Positions 32,925 through 47,153 are shown, counted from the stretch's first letter. The stretch is 64,000 nucleotides of DNA from Phaeosaccion multiseriatum (GCA_965112735.1 OZ218953.1:2418001-2482000); one strand, 5' to 3'. The notes: generated by a model not told the origin, from the sequence alone. Numbers and translations: made by a program.

Positions 32925-35900
32925 ATGGCTCTTCCAAACGCCATAATCCCACCCACGACGACGACATCACAGGAGCTCCACGATACCCAGCACATCCTCT
33001 ACCATCAAGGACAGCAACCTTACCAGCAGATTCAGCCGACGCAGCAGCAGTTTGGTCATCCCCAGCAGCAGACCTACTACCTCGGACGCCTGGACTCCCA
33101 TGGCCGGCCCACCAGCGCTTACACGACCTTGGGCGGCCCGGTCTCTGCGTATCCCCACCCCCAAGGCATGCATGGCGGCTACCTCCAGCAGCGGCCGCAG
33201 CAGTCGACGTCTATTTTTGCCCAGTCAAATGGTTCAGCAACACGTCTGGGCCCAGCTCCAGCCCTTGGAGGGGGCGGTTCTGGTGCAGTGAAGCACAAAT
33301 TACTGTCAAGTCGGGGGGACGAGAAGGGCGGTACGAGCAGCAGTATTCAAAACGGCGGCGCCAGCCCGGATGTGGACCCTCCCCTTCGGAGCTTCCTGCT
33401 GGATCCCCGGCATGCTGAGAGTGTCTTCACGAGAGACACCCCACCGACCAACCAGGTAGAGAGGGGGGCAGGGGAGGAGAGGCTGGGGGTGGGAGGGAGG
33501 GGAGAGGTATGTGTAACCTTTTCCTTAGAGCAGGGGAGGCTGAAGAAGAGATTCAATACCACACCACCCCCAAAAAGGGAGCAAGAAATCCATGTTATGT
33601 CAATCACCGTACCATCAGCACTAGACTTTGCTCGTCTTGCCTGAACCAACCCTCGCCCACTGGGACGGGACGTTTCGGTCCATTGCTATCGAATGATGCT
33701 CGGTTGATCGATCGATCGACCCATCTACCTCTCGCAGGCCACGTGGCGGATGACTGACCGCATGAAGACTGGTCACGTGGGGCTAGTAATGTGCCTCAAC
33801 ATCGGCACGGACCCGCCAGACGTGATTAAGATCAGCCATTGCGCCAGGGTTGAGTGCTGGGTGGACCCCACGGGCAAGACGCGCAACAAGGTGAGGAGAC
33901 TTTTGGTTATGTAGATCTGGTGTGTGTGTTTTGGGGGCTGCTCAGCAGTCCCCTCCCCTCCCCTTTCTCCTTAGAGTGTGAGTGTCGTTGTCTCTGTCTA
34001 CTGTCTCCGGTGCTCGGTTAGGTACCTCAGCTTTCCTCCGCCTTTCTTCCCCATCCCTGCCGGGCTGCAAGTATCTGTTCCGCTCGCGAAGCTGCTACTC
34101 TGAAAGTTTGCGTTTGAGTTTGTTCAGGGCCAGTTGGAGTGCTTGTCTTCCATCCCCCCCCCCCCCCCACCCCCCTACGCCGGGTCATGACTCACTTCCT
34201 CCACATCAATGTTTGTGTTGGCACCCTTGAATGCGCGCAGGCGAGAGAAATCGTAGGGAAGGCATTGCTCGAACAGTATGAACGGCTCCAAGCCAGGGCA
34301 AAGTACAAGTGAGTTGGGGGCTTTGCTTTGCTTGCTGGCAGCAAAGTATGTCATGAGCAGAGGCTCGCTGTTGCCCGTCTTATCCCGCGACAGGAGTCCC
34401 CGCCTCTCCGTACCTCCCCCGTTGTCCTCATGGGACGTCAATTCATCCACTTTCTGCCCCCCCCCCCCTCTTCCCCCTCCTGCCCTTCTCAAACTGCACT
34501 TCTCGCATATACACAGGTTATGTCTAGACCCTACCGTGGAGGACGTGAAGAAACTTTGCATCACGCTCAGGAAGAACGCCAAGGGAGACCGAGTGAGTGC
34601 AAGCCGCTGGGATATAGGGGCAGAGCGGGACACACGTTGGAGGGGGGCAAAGGATGGCTCCGCGAAAGGGGTGAAGAGAGAGGGAAAAGAGAGGGAGGAA
34701 GGGTCAAGGCAAGGCGGGGAGACAGAGACAGGCAGGCAGTGGCACAGCACAGACGCTTGCCTCACCTCCACCTGCTCTTCTCTCGCAGGCGCTCATTGAT
34801 GGAATGACGGCCGATCCTCTTCCCTTTTTCCTTCCCTCTATCCCAACACTCTCCAATGCATCATGCATACGTGCACCATGCGTCCTTCCGTCCGTCCTTC
34901 CCCCCTGCTTCGCGCTCATCCATCCCCGCCGGCTCTTCCGTCTGTGCGTGTGCGTGTGTGTGTGCGTGTACTAGGTGCTCTTCCATTTCAACGGCCACGG
35001 AGTGCCGAAGCCATCCACAAATGGCGAGATTTGGGTGTTCAACAAGAACTATACTCAGGTGTTGTGTGTGTGTGTGCTCTGTGTGCTGCGTGCGTGTATC
35101 TGGGGACCCATCCACCTGTATACCTCTCCCTCCCTCTCTCCCTCTCTCTCTCCCTCTCTCTCTCTCCCTCCCTTCCTCTCCCTCCCTCCCTCTCTCTCTC
35201 CCTCCCTCTCTCTCCATCCCTCTCTCCCTCCCTCTCTCTCCCTCCCTCCCTCTCTCTCCATCCCTCTCTCCCTCTCTCTCCCTCCCTCCCTCCCTCCCTC
35301 TCCCCTCCGACCCTCTCTCGATCGATCAATCGACCAATCAACCTTTGGTACTTCCCCGTCCCCTCCCTCTTATTCCTCGACAACAATAACACAAAAAACA
35401 GTACATTCCGCTCAGCGTGTACGAGCTGAAGGGCTGGATCCAAAACCCGAGCATCTTTGTGCTGGACTGCAGCGCGGCAGGAGTGCTCCTCCCGCACTTC
35501 GCTGCTCCTATCCCTGCCTGGGCTACTGCCGGAGATGGAGGAGGAGGAGGAGGAGGAGGAGGAGGAGGAGGAGCAGGGGGAGAGGGAGGAGAAGGAGGAG
35601 GAGCAGGAGGAGGAGCAGGAGGAGGGGAAGGAGAAGCAGCAGCAGCAGCAGCAGGAGGAGGAGGATCAGGAGCAGCAGCAAAAGGAGGAGGAGGGGGGGG
35701 GGGGGGGCAACAAGCGGCGTCTTCTGGTGTTGCCACCGCGGCTGCTGCACCCTCCTTGGGGGCGGGAAGAGGAGGGGGTGGGCAGGGGCGCGGCGCCGGA
35801 GGAGGAGGAGGAGGAGGAGGAGGGGGCAGAAGAAGAGACCTGTCCACAGACTGCATCGTGCTCGCTCCGTGCAAGGCCAACGAGATTCTGCCCATGAACC

Positions 35901-38361
35901 CCGACTTCCCCGCAGACATCTTCACGGCCTGCCTCACCACGCCCATACCCATCGCGCTGCGGTGGTTCATTGCGCAGAATCAGGTCAGTCAGTCGGTCTG
36001 TCTCGTCGGTCACAGTCTCGAGAAAAGGGTGGTCGATAGTACACGATAGAAGTCGACGTGTAGAGGGACGTGTCTGTCTGTCTGTCTCTTTCTTTCTTTC
36101 TCTCTCTGTGTATGTGTGTGTCTGTGTATGTGTGTGTCTATCTGTCTCTCTCTCTGTGTGTGTGTTTGTGTGTGTAGGGGCAGGCTTCGAGGCTCAGTAA
36201 GGAGACCTTCTTCCTCCTGCATCCTTGATTGGGAAGGGGGGGGGAAGAGAGCGGAGGCCAGGCGAAGATGCAAAGAGGCGAAGAGGCGAAGAAGCGAAGC
36301 CGACGCCTCAGATGGCAGCGGACGGAGCAGGCACAAACAACACACGCTCTTATGGTAGTTACTTACTATCATACTTGCTTGCCTGGCCGCTGCCCCCTCC
36401 CCTCTTCCCCCCCCCCCCCCCCTCCCGTCATCCTCCTCGTCGGTGCCCATACCTTCCTCTTGCTCTTCACCCCATGACATCCGCCCTTGCTGCCCTGCGT
36501 GCACAGCTGAGCATGTCTGGAGTGGAACCGGCGTGGGTGGACGAAATCCCAGGCAAGCTCGCAGACCGGAAAACCCCTTTGGGCGAGCTCAACTGGGTCT
36601 TTACGGCCATCACCGACACTATTGCGTGGAACTGGCTCCCCTCCAGTCTCTTTCAAAAGCTGTTTCGACAGGACCTGTTGCTCGCCAGCCTCCTGCGAAA
36701 CTTCCTCCTCGCGGACCGCCTCCTTCGAAGCATGAACTGCACCCCCGTCTCCCAGCCCCGCCTGCCCCCCACGAGCCAGCACCCCCTCTGGCAAGCATGG
36801 GACCTGGCGGCAGAGGCGTGCCTGTATCAGCTCAACGCCGCACGCAACAACCGCCCCTCCCACGCCTCACCGGCGCGAGTGCTCAACGCTCACATGGGGC
36901 CCTCGTCTCCCATGGATCACCACATGAGCCTGGCGGGTGGCGGGGGAGGGGGGGGGAGGAGAGGGATGGGGAGGAGGAGATCCTCGGCTGTCCACAGATG
37001 GCTTCTTTCGGGAGCAGCTGACGGCCTTCGAGGTGTGGCTGGAGTTCGGTGGACAGGTATGTTGTGTGTATTGTTTCGTGCGTACTTACAACATGTGTAC
37101 GTGTGCTTGTCGCCGCCGGGTGCTTTCATGTCTTGTGACGACCGCTTTTGTCTCTTTTATCCCGCAATTCTGCCCACTTTCCCGCCCCTTCCTCTGACTC
37201 TCCTGCCTTCTCTGCCCTTCTTTCTTTCGGCCCCTCTTCGCTGCTGCTGCTGCTGCTGCTGCTCCTGTACCACCAACTGCCCTACCAATTCAGGTTGGGT
37301 CTGCCGTGCTGAAAGCCCCGGAGCAGCTCCCCATCGTACTGCAGGTCCTTCTCAGTCAGGCCCACCGCCTCCGCGCCCTCAAGCTGCTGCGCCGCTTCCT
37401 CGACCTCGGGCCCTGGGCAGTCAACCTTGCCCTCTCCGTAGGCATCTTCCCCTATGTCACCAAGTTGCTTCTGGCGCCTGCCTCGGACCTCCGGCAGGTG
37501 TTGGTGCGGATCTGGGCAAGGATCTTGGCGTTTGATCCGTCATGTCAGGAGGACTTGGTCAGAGACAAGTCGCATGCGAGCTTTGTCAACCATCTCAAGG
37601 CGGGCGTTTCAGCGGAACAGCGGGTGATGACGTGCTTTATCCTCACGGTGATTATGAACGACTTGCCGGCGGGCCAGGAGGCTTGCCTCAAGTCCAAACT
37701 GCATCAGACGTGCATCGAACAAATCGACGGCAGCTTTGCGGCTCATGCTGAGGTGGCTGCTTCGGCTTCTTCTTCGGACACAGGAGGAGGAGGAGGAGGA
37801 GGAGGCGGGGCGGCAATGGGAGCGTCGCCGTCGTCTGTGTCTCTGAAGTACCCGGCCCTGAGCCCAGCGGAGCTCAAGTGGCTCTGCCTGTGTCTGGCCA
37901 AGCTGTGTTGGGGCTACCCGGAGGCCCAAGTAGCCTGCATTCAGTCGAGGGGCCAGGCGAGCCTGTTTCGCTGTCTGCGTGACGGCAATGTGCAAGTGAG
38001 ATGCGCCGCGGCGTACGCAATGTCCTCCCTCTTCAGTGACCACAGGCAAGGACACGCTCCCTACAGCCCTCAGGAGGGGGGCGGCGTGGGTGGAGCTGGG
38101 CCGGTGAGAGGGGGAGGAGGAGGAGGAGGAGGAGGAGGAGGAGGAGGGCCCTCCAGTGGGGGGCCCAAATTGTCTTTCGGGTCCCGGGGTGCGGGCTCCG
38201 TGTCAACTCCTTCGCTACGCCCTCAGCTGTCGCAGCCTCAGCTATCACAACATCAGAACTACTCGCAACAGCACTACCAGCAATACGACCAGCACCACCA
38301 CCAGCAGCAGCAGCAACAGCAGCAGCAACAGCATATGCACCAGCAGCAGCAGATGCACCAC

Positions 38362-38392
<31 letters not shown>

Positions 38393-41300
38393 CGAGGCAG
38401 CAGCAACAGCACCAGCAGCAGCAGGCGAGGCAGCAGCATCAACAGGACAACAAAACCCTCAGTCCAGACCTGAGTGTCCTGTCGGGCGACCGCCAGGAGA
38501 AGGAGATTATGCTCGCTCTGAACCTTGCCGAGTTCTCGGGCGACGGCAGCCCCTTGGTGCGCCGAGAGGTGGTGCTTGCGTTGGCCACCCTCATCTCAAG
38601 TCCCAAGCATCTGTCCAGCTTTGTGCGCGTGGCCTACGAGCTCGTGGTGGTAAAGCCCTACTTGATCATCCCCCCAAGCCTGGGCATGCCCCCTGTCCGA
38701 CCCTGGTGCCCTTCATCGCAGACTCCCATCGCGCCTCATTCTCAGGCCCAGCAGCCCCAGGCCCAGCCCCACGCTGCTGCTGCTGCTGCTGCTGCTATAT
38801 CGCCAGCTGCTGCTGCTCCGTCTCATGCCCATGCCACCACGCCTGCTGCCCCCGCCCCCGCCCCTGCAAGGAGCCCTCCTCCTCCTCCTCCGGTCCCACA
38901 GGAAGGGCAGGAAGGACAAGGAGGACGGGGACGGTATGCTGAACACGCGGCGGGTGTTGATATCGAACCCTCGGTATTGCCGGGGATGAGCTCGTCAGAT
39001 GGGGGATACGGTTCCTCTGTCACTACCTCCATCATGAGCGCGGACAGCCGCAGCAGCGGGATGGTCGTTGCCGGCGGTGCTGGTGCAGCAGCGTTGTTGA
39101 ATGGGGAGGTCGCAACGAACACTATTGGTAGCGGAAAGAATGAGGTGGGGGGGGGGGGCGAGGAAGGGGGGGCGAGGGCTGCCACAGCAGCGGGAGGAGG
39201 AGGAGGAGGAGGAGGAGGAGGAGGAGGAGAGGGAGGAGGAGGGGGGGAAGGAGGAGAGGATACGTCATTGATTCCTCAGGACAGCGGCAGGCCAGAGTCT
39301 TTGAGGATGGGGGGAGGAGGAGGAGGAGGGGCGCAGAGGGGGGGTGTCGGAGGGGGAACGGTCACCACATGTACGCCTCGAGGAGGAGGAGGAGTGACGG
39401 TGTCCTTCATGCTTCAGCTTAGCGAGCTGCTGGAGGTGTTGGGGCCGCTGGGACAGCACTACGTGAGGCTGTGGCTGGTGCTGCGAAAGGTGCATCGCAC
39501 GGATTCCTTTAAGCCTGTTGTGGATACGGCAACAGTTGTCGTCGCCATGGTGAACGAGTTGGTGTTTCAGGTGCAGCATACAATGGCTATGTATCACCAT
39601 CGGGGTCAGGCGGGCGGGGCAGGGGGGCCGTCAAGCCAGGCACGAGACCAGCGACAGCAGCGGCGGGAGGGGCTGGAGGCCGGGGGAGGGCTAGGAGTGG
39701 AAGGAGGAGGAGGAGGAGGAGGGGGGGGGGGGGGAGGGGAAGGGCTCCCACCAAATCCGATTCGCGCCCTCACCCGGGGAGTGTCTCTGTCTTCGCACAG
39801 GGGCTTTCACGCTGCCCAGGGTGGCGCCTCGAGTATACCCCACGGAGGGAACAGAGGAAGGACAGTCACAGAGGCGGGGGGCGTGGCACCGTCGACGTCG
39901 TCTTCTCCATTGGAGGGGAAGGGCATGCCCCGTCTCAACACCGTCGCTGGTAACTTCCCCAGTATGGAGGCGTCGGCAGGGGGCGGAGATGGGGGCCACG
40001 GAAGGGTGCGCGGTAACAGTGGTGGCGTGGCGGCAGGAAGGAAGTCCAAAGGTTTGTCCTTTGGACAGTCACCAGACCTTCTGCGCGGCAGCATTCACGA
40101 GAGTATCAACGAGGACGACAGCGAGGGCGACGGCGAGGATGACTACTTTCTGCACAATGGCGAAGCGGATGGTGATGACGCATCGGTGGCTTCCTCCCTG
40201 TCCTCCGCCAGCAACAGCCCACCTGACTACTTCAAGCATCTCACGCCCCCCCCAGCGGTAAGAAGCAGCAAGGCCCCTTCCCTCTGCCTCCACACCATGC
40301 GAGGCTGCTGCCGCCATCCAGCCCTCCAGGGCGCCTTTGCTGGTGTCATAAGAACAACGTTGAGCAATTCTAACCCCAACCTCAACCGCTCTCCTCCTCC
40401 TCCTCCTCCTCCTCCTCCTCCTCCTCCTCCTCCTCTTCCTCCTCCTCCGCCTCCTCCTTCTCCTTCTCAGGACTGGCTTGATCAGCCGCACCTGATGCAC
40501 TCCTTCTACCGCTGGTGCTGTCGACAGTTCCAGGGGGGTCTGGCCGGTGGGGGCTGCACGGCAGAGGAGCAGCAGCATGTACAGAGACTGGCCAGTGACC
40601 CTCTGAGCTACAAGGGCGCACAGGAGCTGTACTTTAGTATGCGCAACAGAAAGGTTAAAGCCCAGCAGGTATGTGGAGGGAGGGAGGGAGGGAGGGAGGG
40701 AGGGAGGGAGGGAGGAATTGAGGGAGTGAGTGAGTGGTGCCATCCCTTGCCTGGTCTGGCTTTGCATTGCCTCCTTCCTTCATTCCTTCCTTCCTTGCTC
40801 GTCTATTCCAATTTAATGCACCCATCCTACCCACCCCAGGCTGATCTGGAGAAGGAATACGCCTACTTAGAAGTCGACCCCCACTCCATTGACAGCGGAC
40901 CGCTGAGCTTCCTTCGTCCCCCGAGCAAGCGCTCTGTCGGTACAGGGGGCGCCGGTGGCAAGGCGCGCACTTTCAAGCTTCAGCAGAGGGGCATTTTAGA
41001 CAGCGATAGCCCGACCTCGCTGCTGCTTTTCCACGAGTTTGAGCCGCTGCTTGTGGTGGCCGATCATGAGGACGGCATCACAGTGTGGAACTACGAGCTT
41101 TCCACACAGTATGGCGGCTTCCGCAACAGCAGCGGGACTTCGCGGCAGTACGGCAGCGGCGCCACCAGCATCAGAGGAGGGGGAGGGGGTGGTGGTGGTG
41201 GAGGAGGAGGAGGAGGAGGAGGAGGAGGAGGAGGAGTCACCAACGCAGCAGGAGTAGTGGGAGGGCGTCTGACGTCTATTGCGTGGATCAACGAGGCATC

Positions 41301-42126
41301 AGAGTCGCTTCTTTTGGCGGGATCCGACGACGGCGTGGTGCGCGTGTGGGACGAGTTGCTGGAGCTGGCGGGAAGGCGAGGGGGAGGGCATGTGGGGCTT
41401 AAACCCCGACTCGTCACAGCTCTACGGGTGGCACCGGATTTGGTGGCAGGCCAGCGAGGCAGTGGGTTGGTCACGTCGTGGAAGCAGAGCTCTGGCATGC
41501 TTGCCTGTGGGGGGAATAGCCCCCGTATCCGACTGTGGGATATGGAGACGGAGCAGTGTGCAGCAACATGGGAGCATCGGGAGGAGGATTCCTGCGTTAC
41601 TTCCCTGGCCTCGTCGCCGCTCAGTGTGGCGCCGGGAGGTGGGCCAATGAGTGATGACATGGTGCTGAGTGGGTTTGGCAATGGGAGCATTCACCTGGAT
41701 GACACGAGGGTGGGCGGGGCGGCCAGGACGGTGAGGCGCTTCACGGAGCACCGAGCGTGGATTGTTAAGGTATTGTTCACGGGCAAGTCGGGCGGGCATG
41801 AGTTTATGAGCGGCTGTATCGACGGGGACCTGCGCACGTGGGACATTCGCATGGGCAGTCGCATCAGTGTGGTGAGCCTGCAGCGATCCTCCATGACTTC
41901 CATGGCTGTGCACCCGCACTGCCCCATCATTGCCAGCGGGAGCGAGAAGCAGTTCATCAAGGTCCTCACGCTGGACGGAGAGGCGTTGTCTGTGATTCGC
42001 TACCATGACGGCTTCTTGGGACAGCGCATGGGGCCTATTAGCGCGTTGGCCTTCAATCCGAGCAAGCCGGTGTTGGCGGCAGGGGCCACGGATAGCATTG
42101 TCAGTGTCTACTCGGCCTCGACTTGA
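32925..42126 (+). CDS. RPTOR: Regulatory-associated protein of TOR (Raptor/KOG1), ~10 exons
   Basis: RNC domain: [100 protein letters not shown] region [23 protein letters not shown]40 ending [20 protein letters not shown]. In-frame intron at ~40669-40839. Confidence 0.95.
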
Positions 42127-42824
42127 GCGCTTGGTGTAGGGTGTGTATCACCAACTGCTCTGCTCCTACTGCTCTGCTCCTACTGCTCTTGCTGCTGCTA
42201 TACTGATGCACGGCGTGACGCAGAGTAGTGTGTGTGTGGCATGAGGAGACGAGGAGACGAGGAGACTGGGAAGCTTCTGTTTGGGTGGCAGTGGCAGTGG
42301 CAGTGGCCGGCGGGCGCCAAGTGCAACAGTTTGACCCTTTGTAGTGAGAACGTCATACGGGGAGGGGGAGGGGGTGGGGGGGGGGGCAACAAGAAGAATG
42401 GCCTGGTACGCTAGCTTTATAGTTTGATTGTAAATAGGGGAGATTGTTTTTTATAAATAGCTTTCTCTCGAAGGGTCGGCCCCCCGCGAGGTTTCTCTGG
42501 CTCCTGGCTTCTGGGCCGTAGCCCCCTCCAGGCTTCGGGCTTCTGGCCGCAGGCCAGTGGTCAGGCTTCAGGCTTCTCAGGCTGGGAGAAAAATGGGGGA
42601 CTTGGCAGGCTTCTCGCTACTTTCTGCAGGCTTCTGGCCGCAGGCCAGCCGCAGGCTTCTTACTTTCGGCCGCAGACCGTAGCAAAAAACGAAAAATCGG
42701 TGTTGCTCGAAGTGGAGTGTGGGGCGGTGAGACGTTACTTTTAGACAATAATGGATGGCACTTTAAGGGTGTTATCCTTCCGCCCCCCCCCTTTTGCTGC
42801 TTCTTCTTCTTCTTTTTTAAGAAA

Positions 42825-45516
42825 ATGCTGTCGCTTGTAGTGAAGCGGGCGCCCCTTCTCTGCCGTGGGTATCTCTTAAACGAAGCAGCAGCAACAGCAG
42901 CAGGAGCAGGAGCAGGAGGAGGAAGGGGACGACGCGCACGGGCTGCTGGTCATCGGCGACCACGCGCGAAGGCTGCTGCTCATCTTGCTCTTGCCCTAGG
43001 ACCGCTTAGACCATTATCGACGCAAGCGGATGAAGCGCCAGGAGCGGCGGCGGCGCCAGCAGCACCTCTGGAGAGTTCCTTCACCCCTGCAATGCTCCGT
43101 CTGCTGGAGGACATGCAAAGGTACTTGGGCTGCAGTGGGTTTTGTGTGGGCTAGATGCGCCAGCACTGCCGAGCTTGATTTTCTTATCGTGCACTCGGCC
43201 GGGTTGTGCTCGTCCCGGTCAGATGGAAGCTGGTCGGAAGCTGGAGAGTCTCTTTGTCTGACCCACATGCCTCTGCTCCCCGTCCTCTCTTTCCTTGCGC
43301 TGTGCGGCCGCTACTGCTGCTGCTGCTGCTGTTGCCCTCTCCAAAATTTGTTTTCATCCAACACGTTGGATCGGATCAGTCGGCACACGGAGGTGATGAA
43401 GAGCCTGAGCGACTCCACCACCTCCCCGAAGGACCTCGGAAGGCTTGGCAAGGAGATGAGCGGGCTCGCGGCAGTGGTGCGGAGGGTGGGCCAGCTGGAG
43501 GAGAAGAGGGCAGAGGCTGCCAACCTCATGGAAATGATCAACACCAGTGCTCCGGGAGCGCCAGAAGAGGTGGGTGGGTGGGGTGGGGTGCCCATGAGCG
43601 CTGGAAAATGTGGTTCGAGGGTTCGGCAGACCAGTGAGCAGCGGATACCCGTCCCTTTCCCTTCCGACGCCACCCTCATCCTTTCTCCATGAATTTATTC
43701 TCCTCTGTAGCCTAAGGCAGAAAAGAAGGCAACTCTGTTTGGAAATACTGAATCAATGCCGAACCTCTGAATACCCAATTGCCACCAGGATGCCGAGATG
43801 TACGGCCTCGCCCAAGCCGAGTTACACTCTTGTGCCCAGAGCATATCCTCTCTGGAGGGTGAGGTGGCCAAGCTGCTCATTCCCAAAGACGTGGACAACG
43901 ACAGAAGTGTCATCCTCGAGGTAAGAGAGGGTAGCGCACGGGAGAGAGTGGGTAGACTTCTATTCAGGTCCGATGCACAGTCCAACGCACTGCTCTGCCC
44001 TCGAGCTGAGGTGGTGGGTGGGTGGGTGGGTGGGTGGGTGGGTGGGCGGGCGGAGACTCGTCCCTCTCCTCTTCTCTTCCTTCTCCTCGAAGCGCCTGAA
44101 AACGTACGCCGCTTCTTCCCTTTTCTTCTCCCTCCTCATTCTCCCTTGGACCACAGGTCCGGGCGGGCACCGGCGGGGATGAGGCCGGCATGTTTTCAGA
44201 GGAGCTTCTAGCGATGTACAGGTAAAGCGGCGTAAAGCGGTGTAAAGCCCCCTTTGTTGTTTCTTGCGAGGGAAGGAAGGTTAATGGATCACTACATCGC
44301 TTATCACTCACAAAAACGACTGTTGGTGGGTCGGTCGACCGGTCGAACGAAGTAAGAACACAAGCAAAACCCGAATCTAGTTGACCCGACCTGAAATGCA
44401 CGCCTTCCACAGTCGCGTGTGCGCGGTGAAGGGGTGGAAGTACACCTCCTTGGGGGAGACCAAGGCCGACAGTGGAGGCATCAAGGAGGCCTCTGCCAGT
44501 ATCGAGGGCGGACCCGGGGCAGCAGCAGCAGATGGTGACGATGGCGACCTCGGAGGGGTTCCGAGTGGCGTTTACGGATACCTCAAGTTTGAGAGTGGAG
44601 TGCACAGGGTGCAGCGGGTGCCCAGCAATGACACGCGCGTGCATACCAGTGCGGCGACTGTGGTGGTCTTGCCGCAGGCAGAGGCGATGGATCTCCAGGC
44701 ACTCAAGGCCAGCGACATCAAAGTCGACACCTTCCGATCTAGTGGGGTGAGTGAGTGAAGAAAAGAAGACGAGCGGTGGATGGAAGGGGCGGGACGTTTA
44801 GTCTGGTCTGTTTGTACGATGCCTTGCCTACTGGCTAGATAGGAGCGGCTCCTTATATTCCTCAAGGGATGGAACTGAGAGTTGCAGGCGTGCGTCGTTC
44901 GCATATTCGGACGTGCATTGCCGCTGCTGCTGCTAAGTTGCTCCTTCTGCTGCTGTTCTGTTGGCGCTGCCCTCTACCTCTTCCTTTCTGTCTCTCTGTC
45001 CGTGTGTGGCGTGCCGTGTCTTCAGGCGGGGGGGCAGCACGTTAACTCCACGGACAGTGCGGTGCGGCTCACGCATCTGCCCACAGGGACGGTGGTGGCC
45101 ATCCAAGATGAGAGGTCTCAGCACAAGAACAAGGCCAAGGCCATGAAAATCCTTCTATCCAGGTTGGTGATCTGGGCAGAGAGAGCTTATCTGTGAGTCT
45201 GTGATCTGTGTGATAACAAGTATCTTGCTCTTTTTTCTCGCTTGCTCGATCGATTAGGATCTACGACGAGGAGAAGAACAAGAGGGCTAAGGAGGAGCGC
45301 TCTAAACGGAGCGCAATCGCCGGATCTGGCGATCGTTCGGAGCGGATTCGCACGTACAACTTTGCGCAAGACCGCATCACTGACCACCGCATCGGCCTGA
45401 GCAAGTCGGGCATTCAGCGCATGCTGGCGGGCGATATGCTGGACGAGTTTGTTGAAGTGTTGGCGCAGAGGGAGCAAGACGACCGACTCAAGGAGCTATC
45501 GGAGGGAGAGACATGA
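42825..45516 (+). CDS. prfA: Organellar (probably mitochondrial) class I peptide chain release factor RF1, ~7 exons
   Basis: [89 protein letters not shown]. Basic/Ala-rich N-terminal presequence. Confidence 0.92.
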
Positions 45517-47052
45517 GGTTGGGGCTTGAGGCGCTGAGGCTGAGTGCCAGACGGGGCTGCACTGACTCGACTCGTTTTGCTCGGCTGGAGACTGGAGGCT
45601 GGAACGAATAAAGTTCTGTCTTTCCGGTGGGGAAGAGGGGAGGGGCGAAGGCCGAGGAAACCGAGGCGAGCGATGTTCGAGGAGATCAATCGGCCGATCT
45701 TCTTCTCCAAGCGTTGGGTGTTTATCAGAACGGAGGGACCAGCACAGATGGCCGCACACAACAGCACAGAGACAGTACAACAGGGCAGCACAACTTTCAG
45801 CACAGCGGAGGCTGTTCCACGCTGCCGGCCCTGCTGCTGTGGCCCTGCTGCCATGGTGTCTTTTCGGCGGCCTTGAGCCTGGAGCAGCGCCCCCCTCCCT
45901 CCCTCCCTCCCTCCCTCCTGGGCGTGTGTCCTTTTTCCGGCCGGTCTTGGATGGCGCACTCCGTACTCTACTCCGTGCAAGCTCTCTCTCTCCATCTCTC
46001 CCTGCCTCTCTCTCGCTGGAGAAGCACCGAAGGAGGAGGGGGGAGGAGCCGTTTCGTAAGCTCGTGAGGCTTGAACATGATGCATGCGGCCCTGGCGCGA
46101 CAGAGGCTCTGTGGGCCTGATGGATGCGTGGAGCACTGATGGGAGCGTCTGTTCTGGTCATGGCGAGACGGACAATTGCGAGTAGGGGGCGGAAAGGCGA
46201 TCCTTCCAATAAAGGCCCTACCATGCCCCATGCGGTGGTGAGACAAGGAATATGGGGACGCTTCCCGAAGGAAGACGCTGACAAGTGCGTCCACTGCCAT
46301 CCGGAAGGGGGACGAGGGCGGAAGGCGGTAGGGCTGAATGACACGGTGCCCGAGTCGCTGAAGGCAGTCCCACGTGGCTTGTTGCAGGTGGCCAGGTAGG
46401 TTGAGGTTGCTGCGGAGACAAAGCTGTACCCTTTCTCGTTTAGAAAGAAGGGTGGGCGTGGTAAGGAGGAAGGGAGGAAGGGAGGAAGGGAACGATATCC
46501 ATCCTTGGTGCTGCTCCCTGTCGGACGTCGTCGCTGTTGTGGGCGGTAATGGCAGAGTCAGTCGAGGTGATTCGTTCGTGAAGTGTGTAACCTGTCAACT
46601 GGAGCGAGACGCCTCGGTATGTATGAGGAGGCGACCGCTGGTAGATAGTGGCAGGGTAGGTTAGCAGTAGCAGCAACAGCAGGAGGAGGAGGCTAAAGAT
46701 GGAGGAAGCCCTACGCCTTTGTGCACAGAGTACAAGAGGCTCAATGCAAGCTCCTTCATAGTCAGAGGCCTAGCGATACACAGTGTGGGGAAAATAGAAA
46801 ATAGCCGCAAGTGGGGCGTTTCACGTTGCAGCATACGCCGCTGTACACTGCATAGAACGCCAGGGGATTGTGTTGTAATTACGTTGGCTGTTGTAACTGT
46901 GATGTGGGCGATGCTCCAGACTGCTTTCTTGAACGCGTTGGTGATTCGGCCCAAGTTGGGTTGGAGGGCTGCCAATGCCCCCAATGCTCAGTACCAAAAT
47001 GCACAATGCTCAAGGCTCAAGTCCTCGTTCCCTGCATACAAGTACACTGCCC

Positions 47053-47120
47053 CTGGCTGGCTCGCTGGCTCGCTGGCTCGCTGGCTGGCTGGCTGGCTGG
47101 TTGGCGGGCTGGTTGGCTGG

Positions 47121-47152
<32 letters not shown>

Positions 47153-47153
47153 T

